From Flavobacteriales bacterium UBA952 (GTDB lineage: Bacteria; Bacteroidota; Bacteroidia; Flavobacteriales_D; Crocinitomicaceae): a DNA stretch of 64,000 bases. The stretch's first letter is position 1. The number at the start of each line of letters is the position of its first letter. The translations under genes were made by a program, and so were the position numbers. The notes under the pieces are model-generated. The model was given only the letters and a program-made list of their open reading frames with translations. It did not search any database and was not told the origin of the DNA. The DNA lies in NCBI GenBank assembly GCA_002293185.1, contig DBCS01000002.1:152645-216644 (forward strand). The letters run 5' to 3'. This document shows positions 9,253-20,021 of this stretch, piece by piece.

Positions 9253-10425
9253 ATGAAGTTTAATATTCTACTACTCGGCTCTGGCGAACTCGGAAAAGAG
9301 TTTGCTATAGCTGCTCAACGCTACGGACAGACCATTATTGCTGTGGATAGCTACCCAGGTGCACCTGCAATGCAGGTTGCTGACCATTTTGAGGTGATTG
9401 ATATGTTAGACGCAGCCGAACTTGACAGGGTTGTCGCCAAACATCATCCAGATCTCATTGTTCCAGAGATTGAAGCGATTCGAACAGAAAGATTTTATAG
9501 CTATGAAGCACAAGGCATTCAAGTGGTACCGAGTGCAAAAGCAGCAAATTTCACGATGAATCGCAAGGCCATTCGCGATTTAGCCGCCAAAGAAGTAGGT
9601 GTTCGCACCGCTCCTTATCGCTACGCCACCAGCCTACGAGAACTCAAAGAGGGTGTTTCGTTTTGTGGTTTGCCCTGTGTGGTTAAGCCCTTAATGTCTA
9701 GCTCCGGAAAAGGGCAATCAGTGATTCATACAGAAGGGGACATCGAGAAAGCCTGGAATTACGCCATGGAAGGTTCACGCGGGGATTTAAAAGAAGTTAT
9801 CGTCGAAGGATTTATCAATTTTGACTACGAAATCACTTTGCTAACGGTGACCCAAAAGAATGGCCCAACGCTTTTTTGCGCACCAATTGGTCACCGCCAA
9901 GAGCGCGGTGATTACCAAGAAAGTTGGCAGCCGATGCCCATGAACCCCATTCATTTAGCAGAGGCACAAGACATGGCAGCTCGGGTTACAAAAGAACTAG
10001 GAGGCGCTGGCATTTGGGGTGTAGAATTTTTTATTACACAGGATGGAGCTTACTTCTCAGAGCTTTCGCCGCGCCCTCACGATACCGGAATGGTTACTTT
10101 AGCCGGCACCCAAAATCTCAATGAATTTGAGCTGCATGCACGCGCTATTCTTGGCCTGCCTATTTCAGAAATTCATCAAATCCAAAATGGGGCGAGTGCA
10201 GTCATTCTTGCCGATCAAACCAGCCCAACCGCACCCAGTTTTTTGGGCCTTGACCACGTATTAAAGGACCCAAATACAGAGGTTCGTATTTTTGGCAAGC
10301 CGAGTACTCGCCCCTACAGGCGCATGGCTGTTGCTTTGTGTTTTGGATCAGACCCGGTAGAAAGTTTGGTTCAAAAAGCTAAATTAGCAGCGGCAGCTGT
10401 TCAACTCAGTTATTCAAACGATTAA
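9253..10425 (+). CDS. purT: formate-dependent phosphoribosylglycinamide formyltransferase
   Basis: ATP-grasp enzyme with N-terminus [16 protein letters not shown] and about 390 aa of PurT-like sequence. The ORF-track TTG at 9229 is rejected. Confidence 0.9.
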   Translation: MKFNILLLGSGELGKEFAIAAQRYGQTIIAVDSYPGAPAMQVADHFEVIDMLDAAELDRVVAKHHPDLIVPEIEAIRTERFYSYEAQGIQVVPSAKAANFTMNRKAIRDLAAKEVGVRTAPYRYATSLRELKEGVSFCGLPCVVKPLMSSSGKGQSVIHTEGDIEKAWNYAMEGSRGDLKEVIVEGFINFDYEITLLTVTQKNGPTLFCAPIGHRQERGDYQESWQPMPMNPIHLAEAQDMAARVTKELGGAGIWGVEFFITQDGAYFSELSPRPHDTGMVTLAGTQNLNEFELHARAILGLPISEIHQIQNGASAVILADQTSPTAPSFLGLDHVLKDPNTEVRIFGKPSTRPYRRMAVALCFGSDPVESLVQKAKLAAAAVQLSYSND

Positions 10426-10447
10426 CTCCATATTTCAAACAACTTAG

Positions 10448-12244
10448 ATGATGAAACCTCGTTTTTTTCTTGTTTTCTTATTTTGGCTTCCACTTTGCTT
10501 GCATGCTAGTCAGCTCTCCTATCATTTATCCATGCCGCAGCCAAACTCACATTACTTTGCGGTCAAAATAGAGATTCAGCAAAATGAAGCGGCAGTGCAG
10601 CAGTTCAAATTGCCAGTTTGGACGCCGGGTTCGTATTTAGTGCGCGAATTTTCTAAAAATGTCAATCAGGTGCGCGCAATTGATGCCCAAGGAAAGCAAC
10701 TTTCTGTTCAAAAAACGACTAAAAATGCATGGGAAGTTCAGTGTAAAGGTGTTTCCACTTACACGGTCTTCTATGAAGTTTACGCTTTCGAGCTCTCTGT
10801 TCGCACCCCTTTTCTAGACAACACACATGGTTTTGTTGCCGGTGCAGGGGTATTCATGTACACAGAAGAAACCCGCAATCAAAAAGGAGTTCTACACATT
10901 CATCCGCATGCGAGTTTTAAGAAGATTAGCACAGCGTTAGCACCGATTGATTACAAGGCCGATGCAGGGGTAATGGACAAATTTGAAATTGGCATACAAT
11001 CTTTTATATATGAAGATTATGACCAACTCGTAGATAGCCCAATAGAAATTGGAAATCACCAAGAATTTACCTTTTTAGCGTCGGGTGTCAGACACCGCGT
11101 TGCCATGTATGGAGCGTCAAATGCAAACATCAAAGATTTGCAAAGAGACATGCCCAAAGTCGTAGAGGCAGCCACGGGTGTTTTTGGCAGCAACCCCAAC
11201 AATGATTATCTTTTTATTGTACACAATGTAAAGGATGGCCAAGGTGGTCTCGAACACAAAAATTCTTGCGTTTTAAGTGTAAGTCGTTGGTCTTACGCCG
11301 GCGCTGACTATTTAGGGTTCATCAATTTAGTTGCACACGAGTACTTTCATCTTTGGAATGTAAAACGGATTCGACCAATAGAACTTGGGCCATTTAATTA
11401 TGACCAAGAGTGCTACACTTCTTTGCTTTGGGTCATGGAAGGAATCACTTCTTATTATGATGAATTACTTCTTTTGCGCGCAGGATTTTACACCAAAACA
11501 GATTTTCTCAATAAATTACAAAGCCAAATTAATTATGTGGAAGGAAGCCCAGGATCAAGAGTACAGCCTGTAGCCCACGCAAGTTTTGACGCTTGGATCA
11601 AAGCGTATCGGCCCAATGAGAATTCTGCCAATACTACCATGACCTATTATTCTCGGGGTGCTGTAATAGGCGCAGTTCTCGATGCATTTTTAATACAGAA
11701 ATCAAAAGCAAAACAAAGCTTAGATGGTTTTATGCAACTGCTCTATCAAAAGTATGCACTCGGGCTCCAACGCGGTTTTTCTGAGGCTGAATTTGAACAA
11801 GAATTGGCTAATTATTGCGGGCAAGACATGCATGCATTTTTTGCGCAATACGTAAATGGAACAGAAATTATTCCGTATCAAAAGTACTTTGAACCACTCG
11901 GTATAAAAGTAACAGACCTCACCAATACACTCACCAATTTTGGTGCTGCTTTAGAAGGAGGGGAGTTACTAAAGGTAAGAACGGTACGCAGCGGATCAGC
12001 CGCAGAAGACGCAGGCATTAGTGCAGGCGACGAAATACTTGCCTGTGATGGTTATAGAATAGATAAAACGAGCTTGGAGAACAAATACAATAACTTGCTT
12101 CCTGGCGTTGAACTTGAATTATTAGTTTCGAGAGACGGTAAAGTTTTTACCACTAAATGCGTCATGAAAACCTATGCTAAACCTCAATTTTCACTTCAAA
12201 TTACAGATGTCAATGCACCGTTACTTTCTTATTGGTTGCGCTAA
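10448..12244 (+). CDS. M61 family metallopeptidase with C-terminal PDZ domain
   Basis: Has a signal peptide, the zinc motif HEYFHLWN, and a PDZ-like segment GSAAEDAGISAGDEILACDG. Confidence 0.85.
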   Translation: MMKPRFFLVFLFWLPLCLHASQLSYHLSMPQPNSHYFAVKIEIQQNEAAVQQFKLPVWTPGSYLVREFSKNVNQVRAIDAQGKQLSVQKTTKNAWEVQCKGVSTYTVFYEVYAFELSVRTPFLDNTHGFVAGAGVFMYTEETRNQKGVLHIHPHASFKKISTALAPIDYKADAGVMDKFEIGIQSFIYEDYDQLVDSPIEIGNHQEFTFLASGVRHRVAMYGASNANIKDLQRDMPKVVEAATGVFGSNPNNDYLFIVHNVKDGQGGLEHKNSCVLSVSRWSYAGADYLGFINLVAHEYFHLWNVKRIRPIELGPFNYDQECYTSLLWVMEGITSYYDELLLLRAGFYTKTDFLNKLQSQINYVEGSPGSRVQPVAHASFDAWIKAYRPNENSANTTMTYYSRGAVIGAVLDAFLIQKSKAKQSLDGFMQLLYQKYALGLQRGFSEAEFEQELANYCGQDMHAFFAQYVNGTEIIPYQKYFEPLGIKVTDLTNTLTNFGAALEGGELLKVRTVRSGSAAEDAGISAGDEILACDGYRIDKTSLENKYNNLLPGVELELLVSRDGKVFTTKCVMKTYAKPQFSLQITDVNAPLLSYWLR

Positions 12245-13484
12245 TTTTTTGGTACTTGGGCTGCTGGCTCAACCCTTCAAAAATATTCAAATTCCGCCGG
12301 TTGCTTCTAAATATGATTTCAATGAGTGCGAGCCTTCAATTGCGATTAATCCGCGCAATCCGAAAGAAATTTCTGCAGGTACCGTCTTGCAGGGTTATCA
12401 TTATTCCTCCGACGGAGGCTTAACGTGGAAATCAAATGCTTTAAAAAGTCCATTTGGGGTCTACGGCGACCCTGTTTTGCAATATGATCAAAATGGCCGT
12501 TTGTATTATTTCCACCTGAGTGATTACATCAAAACTAGTCACCTCGACCGAATTGTTTGCCAGGTTGCAGACAAACCAGGTCAGTTTTCAAAGGGTTCTT
12601 TTCCAGCACCGAATGGTACAAAAGTACAGGACAAGCATTGGGTGGTGATAGACCCCAAAACAAATGTGGTTTACATGACCTGGACACAATTTGACGCCTA
12701 TGATTCTGCAGATCCTAAAGACAGCTCTATCATTGTTTTTTCCAAATCTTTAGACCGAGGCCAAAGTTGGACCCAACCCCTTCGGATTTCTAAATTTGGT
12801 GGAGATTGCCTCGATGGCGACAACACGGTTGAAGGTGCAGTGCCAGCACTTGGTCCAAACGGTGAAATCTACGTGTGTTGGACTGGCCCGCGCGGCATCA
12901 TGTTTCAAAAATCTACCGATGGCGGACGCACGTGGTTGGCTCAAGAACGAAAGCTTTCCGACCATATTGGCGGTTGGGACATCCAAATTCCAGGTATTTA
13001 TCGCGCCAATGGCCTTCCATTTTTGATGTCTGATCTCAGTGGTGGCCCAAACAATGGCGCGCTGTATCTCAACTGGTGTGACCAGCGTAATGGCTCGGAT
13101 AATACCGACGTTTGGCTCATGAAATCTACGGACGGAGGACTTACTTGGGCCGAACCTCAACGCGTGAATCAGGATAAAGAATCCCGTCATCAGTTTCTCA
13201 CCTCGATGTGTGTAGATCCTGTGCGCGGAGATTTACATTTTGTCTACTATGATCGCAGGCGTTTTAAAGATAACCGAACAGATGTCATATGGGCAACAAG
13301 TACCGACGGAGGCGTCTCTTTTAAAGAACAACGCATCTCTGAACAACCATTTGTGCCAAATCCGTTGGTATTTTTTGGTGATTACCTTGGAATTGCTGCT
13401 TACAATGGAAAGGTAAGACCAATTTGGCCGCGCATGGACAACAGTAAAATTTCCTTGTGGGTAGCTTTAATTGATCTTGACTGA
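12207..13484 (+). CDS. secreted BNR/Asp-box repeat beta-propeller protein (sialidase-like fold, substrate unknown)
   Basis: Signal peptide MSMHRYFLIGCANFLVLGLLAQ. Five Asp-boxes: SSDGGLTW, SLDRGQSW, STDGGRTW, STDGGLTW, STDGGVSF. The start could also be 12174 or 12213. Confidence 0.75.
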   Translation: MSMHRYFLIGCANFLVLGLLAQPFKNIQIPPVASKYDFNECEPSIAINPRNPKEISAGTVLQGYHYSSDGGLTWKSNALKSPFGVYGDPVLQYDQNGRLYYFHLSDYIKTSHLDRIVCQVADKPGQFSKGSFPAPNGTKVQDKHWVVIDPKTNVVYMTWTQFDAYDSADPKDSSIIVFSKSLDRGQSWTQPLRISKFGGDCLDGDNTVEGAVPALGPNGEIYVCWTGPRGIMFQKSTDGGRTWLAQERKLSDHIGGWDIQIPGIYRANGLPFLMSDLSGGPNNGALYLNWCDQRNGSDNTDVWLMKSTDGGLTWAEPQRVNQDKESRHQFLTSMCVDPVRGDLHFVYYDRRRFKDNRTDVIWATSTDGGVSFKEQRISEQPFVPNPLVFFGDYLGIAAYNGKVRPIWPRMDNSKISLWVALIDLD

Positions 13485-13485
13485 C

Positions 13486-14157
13486 ATGTTTTTTCCAAAA
13501 GAAACCTCCTGGCATCGTGTTTTAATAGATGAATTCAAGGCTCCTTATTATTTACAGCTTCAAAACAAAGTAGAGGAGGCATTTAAGCAAACCCCCGATC
13601 GTATTTTTCCACCAAAGCCGCAAATTTTTAAGGCATTTGAATTATGTCCTTGGGAGGATCTTCGGGTGGTGATTTTAGGTCAGGATCCTTACCCAACAAA
13701 AGGTCATGCGCATGGTTTGTGTTTTTCTGTTGCAACTGATGTCAAGCCATTGCCTAAAAGTTTGAATAATATTTTCAAGGAAAGGACTTCAGACCTAGAT
13801 TTGTCATATTTACCTGATGGAAATCTGGAGGGCTGGGCGCGCCAAGGAGTCTTGTTGCTTAACAATGTACTTACAGTACGAGAAGGAGAACCTGATAGCC
13901 ATAAAAACTGGGGTTGGGAGCAGTTTACCGATGCAGTTATTCAAAAAATCGCCGCTGAAAAAGAGCATATTGTATATATCCTTTGGGGGGCAAAAGCCCA
14001 AGCGAAAGCAAGTTGGATAAATGAATCTAGGAACTTAATCTTGAAGGCAGTGCATCCTTCCCCTCTTTCAGCTCATCGCGGCTTTTTTGGCTGCAGGCAT
14101 TTTAGTAAAACAAATGCTTATTTGCAGAAGCTTGGAACGCAAGAAATTCAATGGTAA
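13486..14157 (+). CDS. ung: uracil-DNA glycosylase (family 1)
   Basis: Motifs VVILGQDPYP and HPSPLSA. ATG 13486 lies 1 nt after the upstream stop. The ORF-track start 13471 is a TTG. Confidence 0.9.
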   Translation: MFFPKETSWHRVLIDEFKAPYYLQLQNKVEEAFKQTPDRIFPPKPQIFKAFELCPWEDLRVVILGQDPYPTKGHAHGLCFSVATDVKPLPKSLNNIFKERTSDLDLSYLPDGNLEGWARQGVLLLNNVLTVREGEPDSHKNWGWEQFTDAVIQKIAAEKEHIVYILWGAKAQAKASWINESRNLILKAVHPSPLSAHRGFFGCRHFSKTNAYLQKLGTQEIQW

Positions 14158-14162
14158 TTGCG

Positions 14163-14170
14163 TACCTTTG
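14163..14170 (+). promoter_or_regulatory. candidate -7 promoter box TACCTTTG abutting the hemE start
   Basis: Exact TAnnTTTG match inside the 18-nt ung-hemE spacer, with a 5-nt spacer (taaag) to ATG 14176. Confidence 0.4.
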
Positions 14171-14175
14171 TAAAG

Positions 14176-15222
14176 ATGATTCAAAACGATTTATTTCTAC
14201 GCGCACACCGTGGCGATGCCATCGAGCGTTATCCAGTATGGCTCATGCGTCAAGCAGGCCGAATCTTACCCGAATACCGCGCAGTCCGCGCCAAGCTTTC
14301 CGGCTTTAAAGAATTAGTAGAAACACCTGAATTTGCCACCGAAGTAACCATACAACCTGTCGATCTACTTGGTGTAGATGCGGCCATTATTTTTTCTGAT
14401 ATCTTGGTGATACCAGAAGCAATGGGTTTGCCTTATCAGATGATAGAGCAAAAGGGCCCATGGTTTGAAAACACCATTCGGACGCAAGCGCAACTAGATT
14501 TACTCGATACGCACATAGATGTGCAAGATCGTTTATGGTATGTTTTTGAGGCGCTCAAGCAAACCAAAACTGCTTTAAATAACCGTGTTCCTCTCATTGG
14601 TTTTGCAGGCGCACCCTGGACTATTCTTTGTTATATGGTAGAAGGCAAAGGTTCCAAAACTTTTAGTGAATCGAGAAAATTACTTTACACGCAGCCAAAA
14701 TTAGCACACGAACTCCTGCAGCGCATCACAGACGTAACCATAGCGTACTTAAAAGGTCAACTTGCTGCTGGTGCCGATGCCCTTCAGCTTTTTGATTCAT
14801 GGGCTGGCATTCTCGGCGAAGACCAATACAATGAGTTTGGTTTGCACTATATCCAACAAATTTGTCAGGCTTTAGAAGGAATTCCACTTACTGTATTTTC
14901 CAAAGGAGCAGTGGCCTCATTACCAGAAATCTCACAACTTCCGTGCACCACCATAGGTCTAGATTGGAACATGTCTGTTGCTGTGGCACGAAGTTTGGTC
15001 CAAGGTCAAAAAACCTTACAAGGCAATTTGGATCCTTGTGTGCTCTATGGAAGCCCACAAATGATTGAGCAAGAAACCAAAAAAATGCTCAATTCCTTTA
15101 AAAGTCAAAGACATATTGTAAATTTGGGTCACGGGGTGTATCCCGATATTGATCCAGAAATGGTCAAAGTATTTATAAATACCGTTAAAAACTATGAAAT
15201 TACAAACCACGCCAATTCGTAG
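14176..15222 (+). CDS. hemE: uroporphyrinogen decarboxylase
   Basis: N-terminal signature [10 protein letters not shown] and about 348 aa of URO-D. The ORF-track start 14158 is a TTG. Confidence 0.9.
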   Translation: MIQNDLFLRAHRGDAIERYPVWLMRQAGRILPEYRAVRAKLSGFKELVETPEFATEVTIQPVDLLGVDAAIIFSDILVIPEAMGLPYQMIEQKGPWFENTIRTQAQLDLLDTHIDVQDRLWYVFEALKQTKTALNNRVPLIGFAGAPWTILCYMVEGKGSKTFSESRKLLYTQPKLAHELLQRITDVTIAYLKGQLAAGADALQLFDSWAGILGEDQYNEFGLHYIQQICQALEGIPLTVFSKGAVASLPEISQLPCTTIGLDWNMSVAVARSLVQGQKTLQGNLDPCVLYGSPQMIEQETKKMLNSFKSQRHIVNLGHGVYPDIDPEMVKVFINTVKNYEITNHANS

Positions 15223-16438
15223 CTTATTACTTGCTTGTTCAGTTCTATTGCTCACTCAAAGCTTTTTTGCTCAAAAGGGCAAAAAAACCAATGAAAAGGA
15301 AATTATCAACATTACTTTTGAAGGTGCTGCTGACGATCTTTCTGAACTGAATGGAATAGATGCCGCAGGCTCAGCTATTAGTTCTCCAACAGAAATCAAA
15401 GCAGATTTATTCTCCAAATCAGTAAATGGGGATATCGGAATTCCAGCCAATATCTATGGTTCTGAAGAGCCTACTACCGAAAACGGAGGAAATGTCTACG
15501 CAGGTATTGTTGCCTTTAAGCCCGGAAAATTAGCAGGCGAGCGCTCTTACATCACCATTCAACTGATGCAAGGGAAGGAGTCCGTCACCCTTAAAAAAGG
15601 CCTCACCTACTGTGTTGAATATTCACTTTCATTGGCCGAGTCTTCTAAATTTGCTTGTAATAACATGGCTGCATACTTTTCAAAAGACAAACCTGCCAAT
15701 GGCGAGGCCGGTTCTATCTACATGAGTGGAGACCACGTAATGAAATCTACGGTCAACAAAGTATACAACGGCTTTTTTAATTGGGAAAAGGTATGTAATA
15801 TCTATACAGCCAAAGGTGATGAAAAATACCTGACTATCGGCAACTTTGATCTCAACGACAAAACAACATATCAAGCTGTCAAAAAACCAAAAGATGCCGA
15901 GGCAGACCCTCTTACGCATGCATATTATTACATAGACAACATTATTGTTCGTCTGGTCGATAACTCAACTGAGTGTGCTTGTTACAACGCTAAACCACCC
16001 AAAATTGAAGACTCATTTTCTGAGTTAGTATACGAAAAAACACCGCAAATCGATGACAAAATGTCTATCGATAAAAAAATTGCAGCCCAAACGATTTACT
16101 TCCGTCAAGGCAAAGCTTCCCTAACAGAAAACGCTAGAGAAAATTTAGATTTCATTATTGCACAAATGAATGCTGATCAAAAGTTGAGAGTAGAAATAAT
16201 TGGTCATAACAACGCACTTGAAATCAAAGCCGGAGAAGAAAACGAAGTATATCTTGATATGGATCGCAAAAGAGTTGCAATTGCAGTAAAATACTTAACT
16301 AATAATGGCATCGATGAGTCCCGACTTATCAAAACTTTTAAGACAGATTCCACACCAAGTATCGAAATTGATGAAGACGACGATCCAGAAGTAAAGGATG
16401 CTAAAAACCGACGAATTGAATTTAAGGTTTCGCTCTGA
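15194..16438 (+). CDS. OmpA-family protein (secreted N-terminal domain plus OmpA-like peptidoglycan-binding C-terminus)
   Basis: Has a signal peptide ([18 protein letters not shown]) and a C-terminal OmpA-like domain ending [10 protein letters not shown]. It overlaps the hemE end by 29 nt. Confidence 0.75.
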   Translation: MKLQTTPIRSLLLACSVLLLTQSFFAQKGKKTNEKEIINITFEGAADDLSELNGIDAAGSAISSPTEIKADLFSKSVNGDIGIPANIYGSEEPTTENGGNVYAGIVAFKPGKLAGERSYITIQLMQGKESVTLKKGLTYCVEYSLSLAESSKFACNNMAAYFSKDKPANGEAGSIYMSGDHVMKSTVNKVYNGFFNWEKVCNIYTAKGDEKYLTIGNFDLNDKTTYQAVKKPKDAEADPLTHAYYYIDNIIVRLVDNSTECACYNAKPPKIEDSFSELVYEKTPQIDDKMSIDKKIAAQTIYFRQGKASLTENARENLDFIIAQMNADQKLRVEIIGHNNALEIKAGEENEVYLDMDRKRVAIAVKYLTNNGIDESRLIKTFKTDSTPSIEIDEDDDPEVKDAKNRRIEFKVSL

Positions 16439-16466
16439 GGTTAGACAATCAAACCTAAAAACAAAT

Positions 16467-16499
16467 AAAAAAAACCGCAGCATCCCTGCGGTTTTTTTT
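16467..16499. terminator. bidirectional Rho-independent terminator between convergent genes
   Basis: A-run, then a 7-bp stem ACCGCAG / CTGCGGT with loop catcc, then a T-run (aaaaaaaaccgcagcatccctgcggtttttttt). It lies between the OmpA gene stop (16438) and the maf stop (16519). Confidence 0.8.
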
Positions 16500-16518
16500 A
16501 TTTGAATTTGAACACCTA

Positions 16519-17082
16519 TTATTTAGAGAGGTTTCTTAAAAATGGGTAGAGCCGTTGAGTAGGTAAGCCCATTACATTGGTATATGAACCTCTGATTTCC
16601 ACGATCCCAATGTGGCCAATCCAGTCTTGTATGCCATATGAACCAGCCTTATCCATAGCCTGATGTACATCGATATAATGAATAATATCTTCTAATTTGA
16701 GTTCTTGAAAACGAACAGTGGTGCAATCTACGAGTTGGTGTTCTGCACTCCGATCTTTAATGACTATACCGGTATAAACCTCATGTGTTTTTCCAGATAG
16801 TAGCTGAAGCATTTGAATAGCATCGGCTTTACTTTGCGGTTTCCCTAAAACCTTACCATTAAGAAATACGATGGTATCGGCACAAATGAGTTTTTCATTG
16901 GCTGCTAATTGTGGCCAAATAGCAGCTATTTTCTTGCGGCAAATCGATAAAACGATTTCTTCCGGACTTTGTGCAGGGTCGAAAGATTCATCAGTATCGG
17001 CGCTAACTACTCGAAAATCAAATCCGAGTTCACTAAGTAGCGCTTTTCTGCGTGGCGATGCCGATCCAAGTACGAGCTGCAT
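16519..17082 (-). CDS. maf: Maf-like nucleoside triphosphate pyrophosphatase
   Basis: LVLGSASPRRKALL at the N-terminus and GSYGIQD near the C-terminus. 187 aa. Confidence 0.9.
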   Translation of the reverse strand: MQLVLGSASPRRKALLSELGFDFRVVSADTDESFDPAQSPEEIVLSICRKKIAAIWPQLAANEKLICADTIVFLNGKVLGKPQSKADAIQMLQLLSGKTHEVYTGIVIKDRSAEHQLVDCTTVRFQELKLEDIIHYIDVHQAMDKAGSYGIQDWIGHIGIVEIRGSYTNVMGLPTQRLYPFLRNLSK

Positions 17083-18003
17083 TTAGAAGAATAAACAAGT
17101 GAGACCTAAGAGAAGTGCCAAGGTTGGCAGTAGGCGTAGCCAACGATCCAAGAATGTAGGAGCGATGAAATAGGCGATTAATCCGGCTAAAAATAGGAGT
17201 TCTAATGTCAAAAGTACAACTGAAGTATATCTACTTGGTAAGGCAAAGTCAGAGATCAATTTAAGGATAAGATAGAACAGAGCTGGCATTTGAAGAATCA
17301 ATAAAGAAAGTAAAGCAGCTTTTCGACTACCTATTTGACGCGGTATAGTTGGTGCATCGATAATGCTGTCTCCGGGAATATCGCGGATATCTTTAATAAT
17401 TTCACGACTCAAGTTGATAAAGAAGGCACAGATTGCTACAAAATAAATAAAGCGGTAATCGAGATAAGTAGACCATGTGTTGTTATGATACGGAGAAAAC
17501 GGAAGACTATTTTCGTTGAGCACTTGGAAATACCAACTGGAAAGAAACAGTACAAGCCCAGGTAAGGACGCAACAATGGCTGCGCCAAGTACTAACTTCC
17601 TTTTCCAATAAGCACTATAAAACCAAAGTAGATTTATAGAAAACAGGTGAACGAAAATAAATAAAAGCGTATGGTAGTGCCAAGAGAGTACAATAGCAAT
17701 AACGAAACCTATTATGTTGAGCAGCCAATTGGCTAAGATGGCCCAGCGCTTGTTGAGGTATTTAGTGAGAACAAGTGCTTCAGGTTTATTGATCCGATCG
17801 GCCTTTAGGTCAAAATAGTCATTGATAATGTGCCCAGCGGCCGCAATAATGAGTGTTGAAAAAATCAAAAGACCGTAGTAAGGTGCATCGAAATCAATCA
17901 CCTCATAGGGATTCTGACGTTGCAAGAAATAGGCTACTCCAACCATGGCAAGCAGAATGGCCAATAAGTTTTTGATGCGGATCAGTCTCAGTAAAGGAAT
18001 CAT
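17083..18003 (-). CDS. UbiA-superfamily prenyltransferase (DGGGP-synthase-like clade)
   Basis: Polytopic membrane protein. First Asp-rich motif is NDYFDLKADRINKP, second is KDIRDIPGD. The stop abuts the maf ATG with no gap. Confidence 0.75.
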   Translation of the reverse strand: MIPLLRLIRIKNLLAILLAMVGVAYFLQRQNPYEVIDFDAPYYGLLIFSTLIIAAAGHIINDYFDLKADRINKPEALVLTKYLNKRWAILANWLLNIIGFVIAIVLSWHYHTLLFIFVHLFSINLLWFYSAYWKRKLVLGAAIVASLPGLVLFLSSWYFQVLNENSLPFSPYHNNTWSTYLDYRFIYFVAICAFFINLSREIIKDIRDIPGDSIIDAPTIPRQIGSRKAALLSLLILQMPALFYLILKLISDFALPSRYTSVVLLTLELLFLAGLIAYFIAPTFLDRWLRLLPTLALLLGLTCLFF

Positions 18004-20021
18004 GGCAAAATTTTATAACTGGTTCTACGGTTTTTTTGGTGTGCTGCTGCTATCTCGGAAGCATTATTGAGTTGTGCTATTTGTGCATCGGTAATAAGCG
18101 GTTGGCCTGAGCCGTAGCCTTTGTATGTGAGTCTTTCAGCTGCAATTCCTTCTTGAACTAAAAAGTCGGCTACTGTTCTTGCTCTGGAATTTGATAGAAT
18201 TAAATTTTGGTCGGCATCGCCTTGGCTGTCGGTGTGTCCTTGAATTTCTATTTTAATGCTTGGATTGCGTTTTAAATAAGCACTTAAATTGATGAGTTCT
18301 ACTTTTGATTCTGGTCTTAAGCTGGCCTTTGCCAAGTCAAAAAAGACGTTGTTTAGGATGTTTTCAGCGGTCGAATTGACCGGATTAAGCGGCATATTAA
18401 GCGTATAATTTTGGGAGGTTTCTAATCGAGTAAAGTCGAAATTAAGAGAAAACGGGTGGTAGCCAGGATGATTCACCAGAACGGCATACCGATGCTCTAT
18501 TGGCAGTGGAACGGTAATTTTACCATCAAATGCATCGGCAAAACCATCAAAGATAATTTGACCGTTCGATAGGTCCGTAAGTTGGATGTGTGCTGCTAAT
18601 TTGGTCAAATTTAAAGCGTCAAAGGCGGTTCCTTCGAAATAATAGGTTTGATTTGCCTGTAGTTCCTCAGGTAGTTCAAACCAATAAATATCTAAATTCC
18701 CATAACCGCCTTGTCTGTCAGAAGCAAAAAATGCGATATCGCCTTGTGCAGAAACCAACAAGGAGTTTTCATCGAAGTGTGTATTGATAGGAAAGCCAAG
18801 GTTCACTGGTTTTCCCCAATTTCCTTGGGCATCTTTTTGACTCATAAAAAGGTCTGATCCACCCAGCCCAATATGGCCTCTAGATGCAAAGTAGAGTGTT
18901 TTGCCATCTGGATGAATCTGAACAGATTCTTCGTTAGAAGCCGTATTGATGACATTTGGCAAACGTTCAGCCTCAGACCATTTGCCATTGGGCAGAAGAT
19001 TGCTCACATAGATATCACTATTTGCACGACCATCTCGCGATCGGACGGCTCGAATAAAATATAATGTTTGGCCATCAGCACTGAGTGATGGCTGCGTTTC
19101 CCAATTGGCAGTATTCACAGCTCCGGGTAAATTGATGGGTGTACTCCAGCGGCCATTCATTTTTTGAGTGATAAATAGATCGCAAGAACCCTTGCCGGTT
19201 CTTTCTGCGCCGTAATTCACACCCGAAGGGTCTGTACAAGCAACAAAAATGATGGTTTTACCATCGCCTGAAATAGTTGGTGCCCCTTCATTCCATGTTG
19301 TATTGATTTCGGAAGTCATGGGTTGGGCAAGCGTCCAAACATTGGATTTTTGGTCCAATGAGGAAACGTAAAAATCTTCTTGTTCGTCTTGATGCCCGTC
19401 TTGTGTCATGGGAAGTCGGCGGGTAAATAGAAGTTGTTGACCATCTACGGTTAGTGTGGGGTAATACTCTGCAAAAGGGGTATTGACGCCTTCACCTGCA
19501 TTTTTTGGTGCAAAGGGCTTGGCGTTCTTGACAGCCGCAACAGAAAATTCAGCGCAAGCCCTGATTTGATAAGCTTGTCCTTGTAATTTCTCGTTTGCGT
19601 TGGGATTTCTCAGAAAGACATCAATTGTTTGCAAGGCTTCTTTATATTCTCCTATTGTCAGTAAACAGACGGCTAAAAAAAAATGAGTACTCCCGCTAAT
19701 GCTATGGGTAGGGTCGATCGCTAAAGCTTTTTGATAACATGCTGCGGCATCTGCATAATTGCGTTGATACTCTAGGAATTCAGCTTTCAGTAGATAAGCT
19801 TCCCAAAAATTAGGGTCTTTGTCGATTGCAGCATTTAAAAAAAGGATACCTTCTTGATAATTGAGCACACCCGTCTGAGCATTGCGCAGTTCAGTAGGTG
19901 CTTTTTGGCCTTTTTCAAAAAGCTTGATGGCTTTTTTACTTGTACTTGAGTACGGGAATTGTGCAAAAACAGTTTGAAGAGTAAGAATAAAAATAAAGAA
20001 GAAAAATAGGTTCGTCCTCAT
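18000..20021 (-). CDS. TPR / TolB-like PD40 beta-propeller / OmpA-domain envelope protein
   Basis: Has a signal peptide, N-terminal TPR repeats, central repeats of the DG.T.YF.S.R type, and a C-terminal OmpA domain (IEIQGHTDSQGD..NRRTSYKI). Confidence 0.8.
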   Translation of the reverse strand: MRTNLFFFFIFILTLQTVFAQFPYSSTSKKAIKLFEKGQKAPTELRNAQTGVLNYQEGILFLNAAIDKDPNFWEAYLLKAEFLEYQRNYADAAACYQKALAIDPTHSISGSTHFFLAVCLLTIGEYKEALQTIDVFLRNPNANEKLQGQAYQIRACAEFSVAAVKNAKPFAPKNAGEGVNTPFAEYYPTLTVDGQQLLFTRRLPMTQDGHQDEQEDFYVSSLDQKSNVWTLAQPMTSEINTTWNEGAPTISGDGKTIIFVACTDPSGVNYGAERTGKGSCDLFITQKMNGRWSTPINLPGAVNTANWETQPSLSADGQTLYFIRAVRSRDGRANSDIYVSNLLPNGKWSEAERLPNVINTASNEESVQIHPDGKTLYFASRGHIGLGGSDLFMSQKDAQGNWGKPVNLGFPINTHFDENSLLVSAQGDIAFFASDRQGGYGNLDIYWFELPEELQANQTYYFEGTAFDALNLTKLAAHIQLTDLSNGQIIFDGFADAFDGKITVPLPIEHRYAVLVNHPGYHPFSLNFDFTRLETSQNYTLNMPLNPVNSTAENILNNVFFDLAKASLRPESKVELINLSAYLKRNPSIKIEIQGHTDSQGDADQNLILSNSRARTVADFLVQEGIAAERLTYKGYGSGQPLITDAQIAQLNNASEIAAAHQKNRRTSYKILP

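Noticed and set aside
12750-13190. 146-aa minus-strand ORF antisense to the BNR propeller gene.
   Set aside because: The sense frame carries clean Asp-box repeats across the same interval. The antisense product has no recognisable features and no promoter or start context.
19675-19683. A9 homopolymer (T9 in the coding sense) inside the TPR/PD40/OmpA gene, considered as a possible slipped-strand phase-variation tract. Similar A8-A9 runs occur at 63597..63605 and in other A/T-rich spots.
   Set aside because: It encodes an in-frame Phe-Phe-Leu within a conserved-looking TPR region. It is a single short tract in an A/T-rich genome, with no evidence of frameshifted variants.
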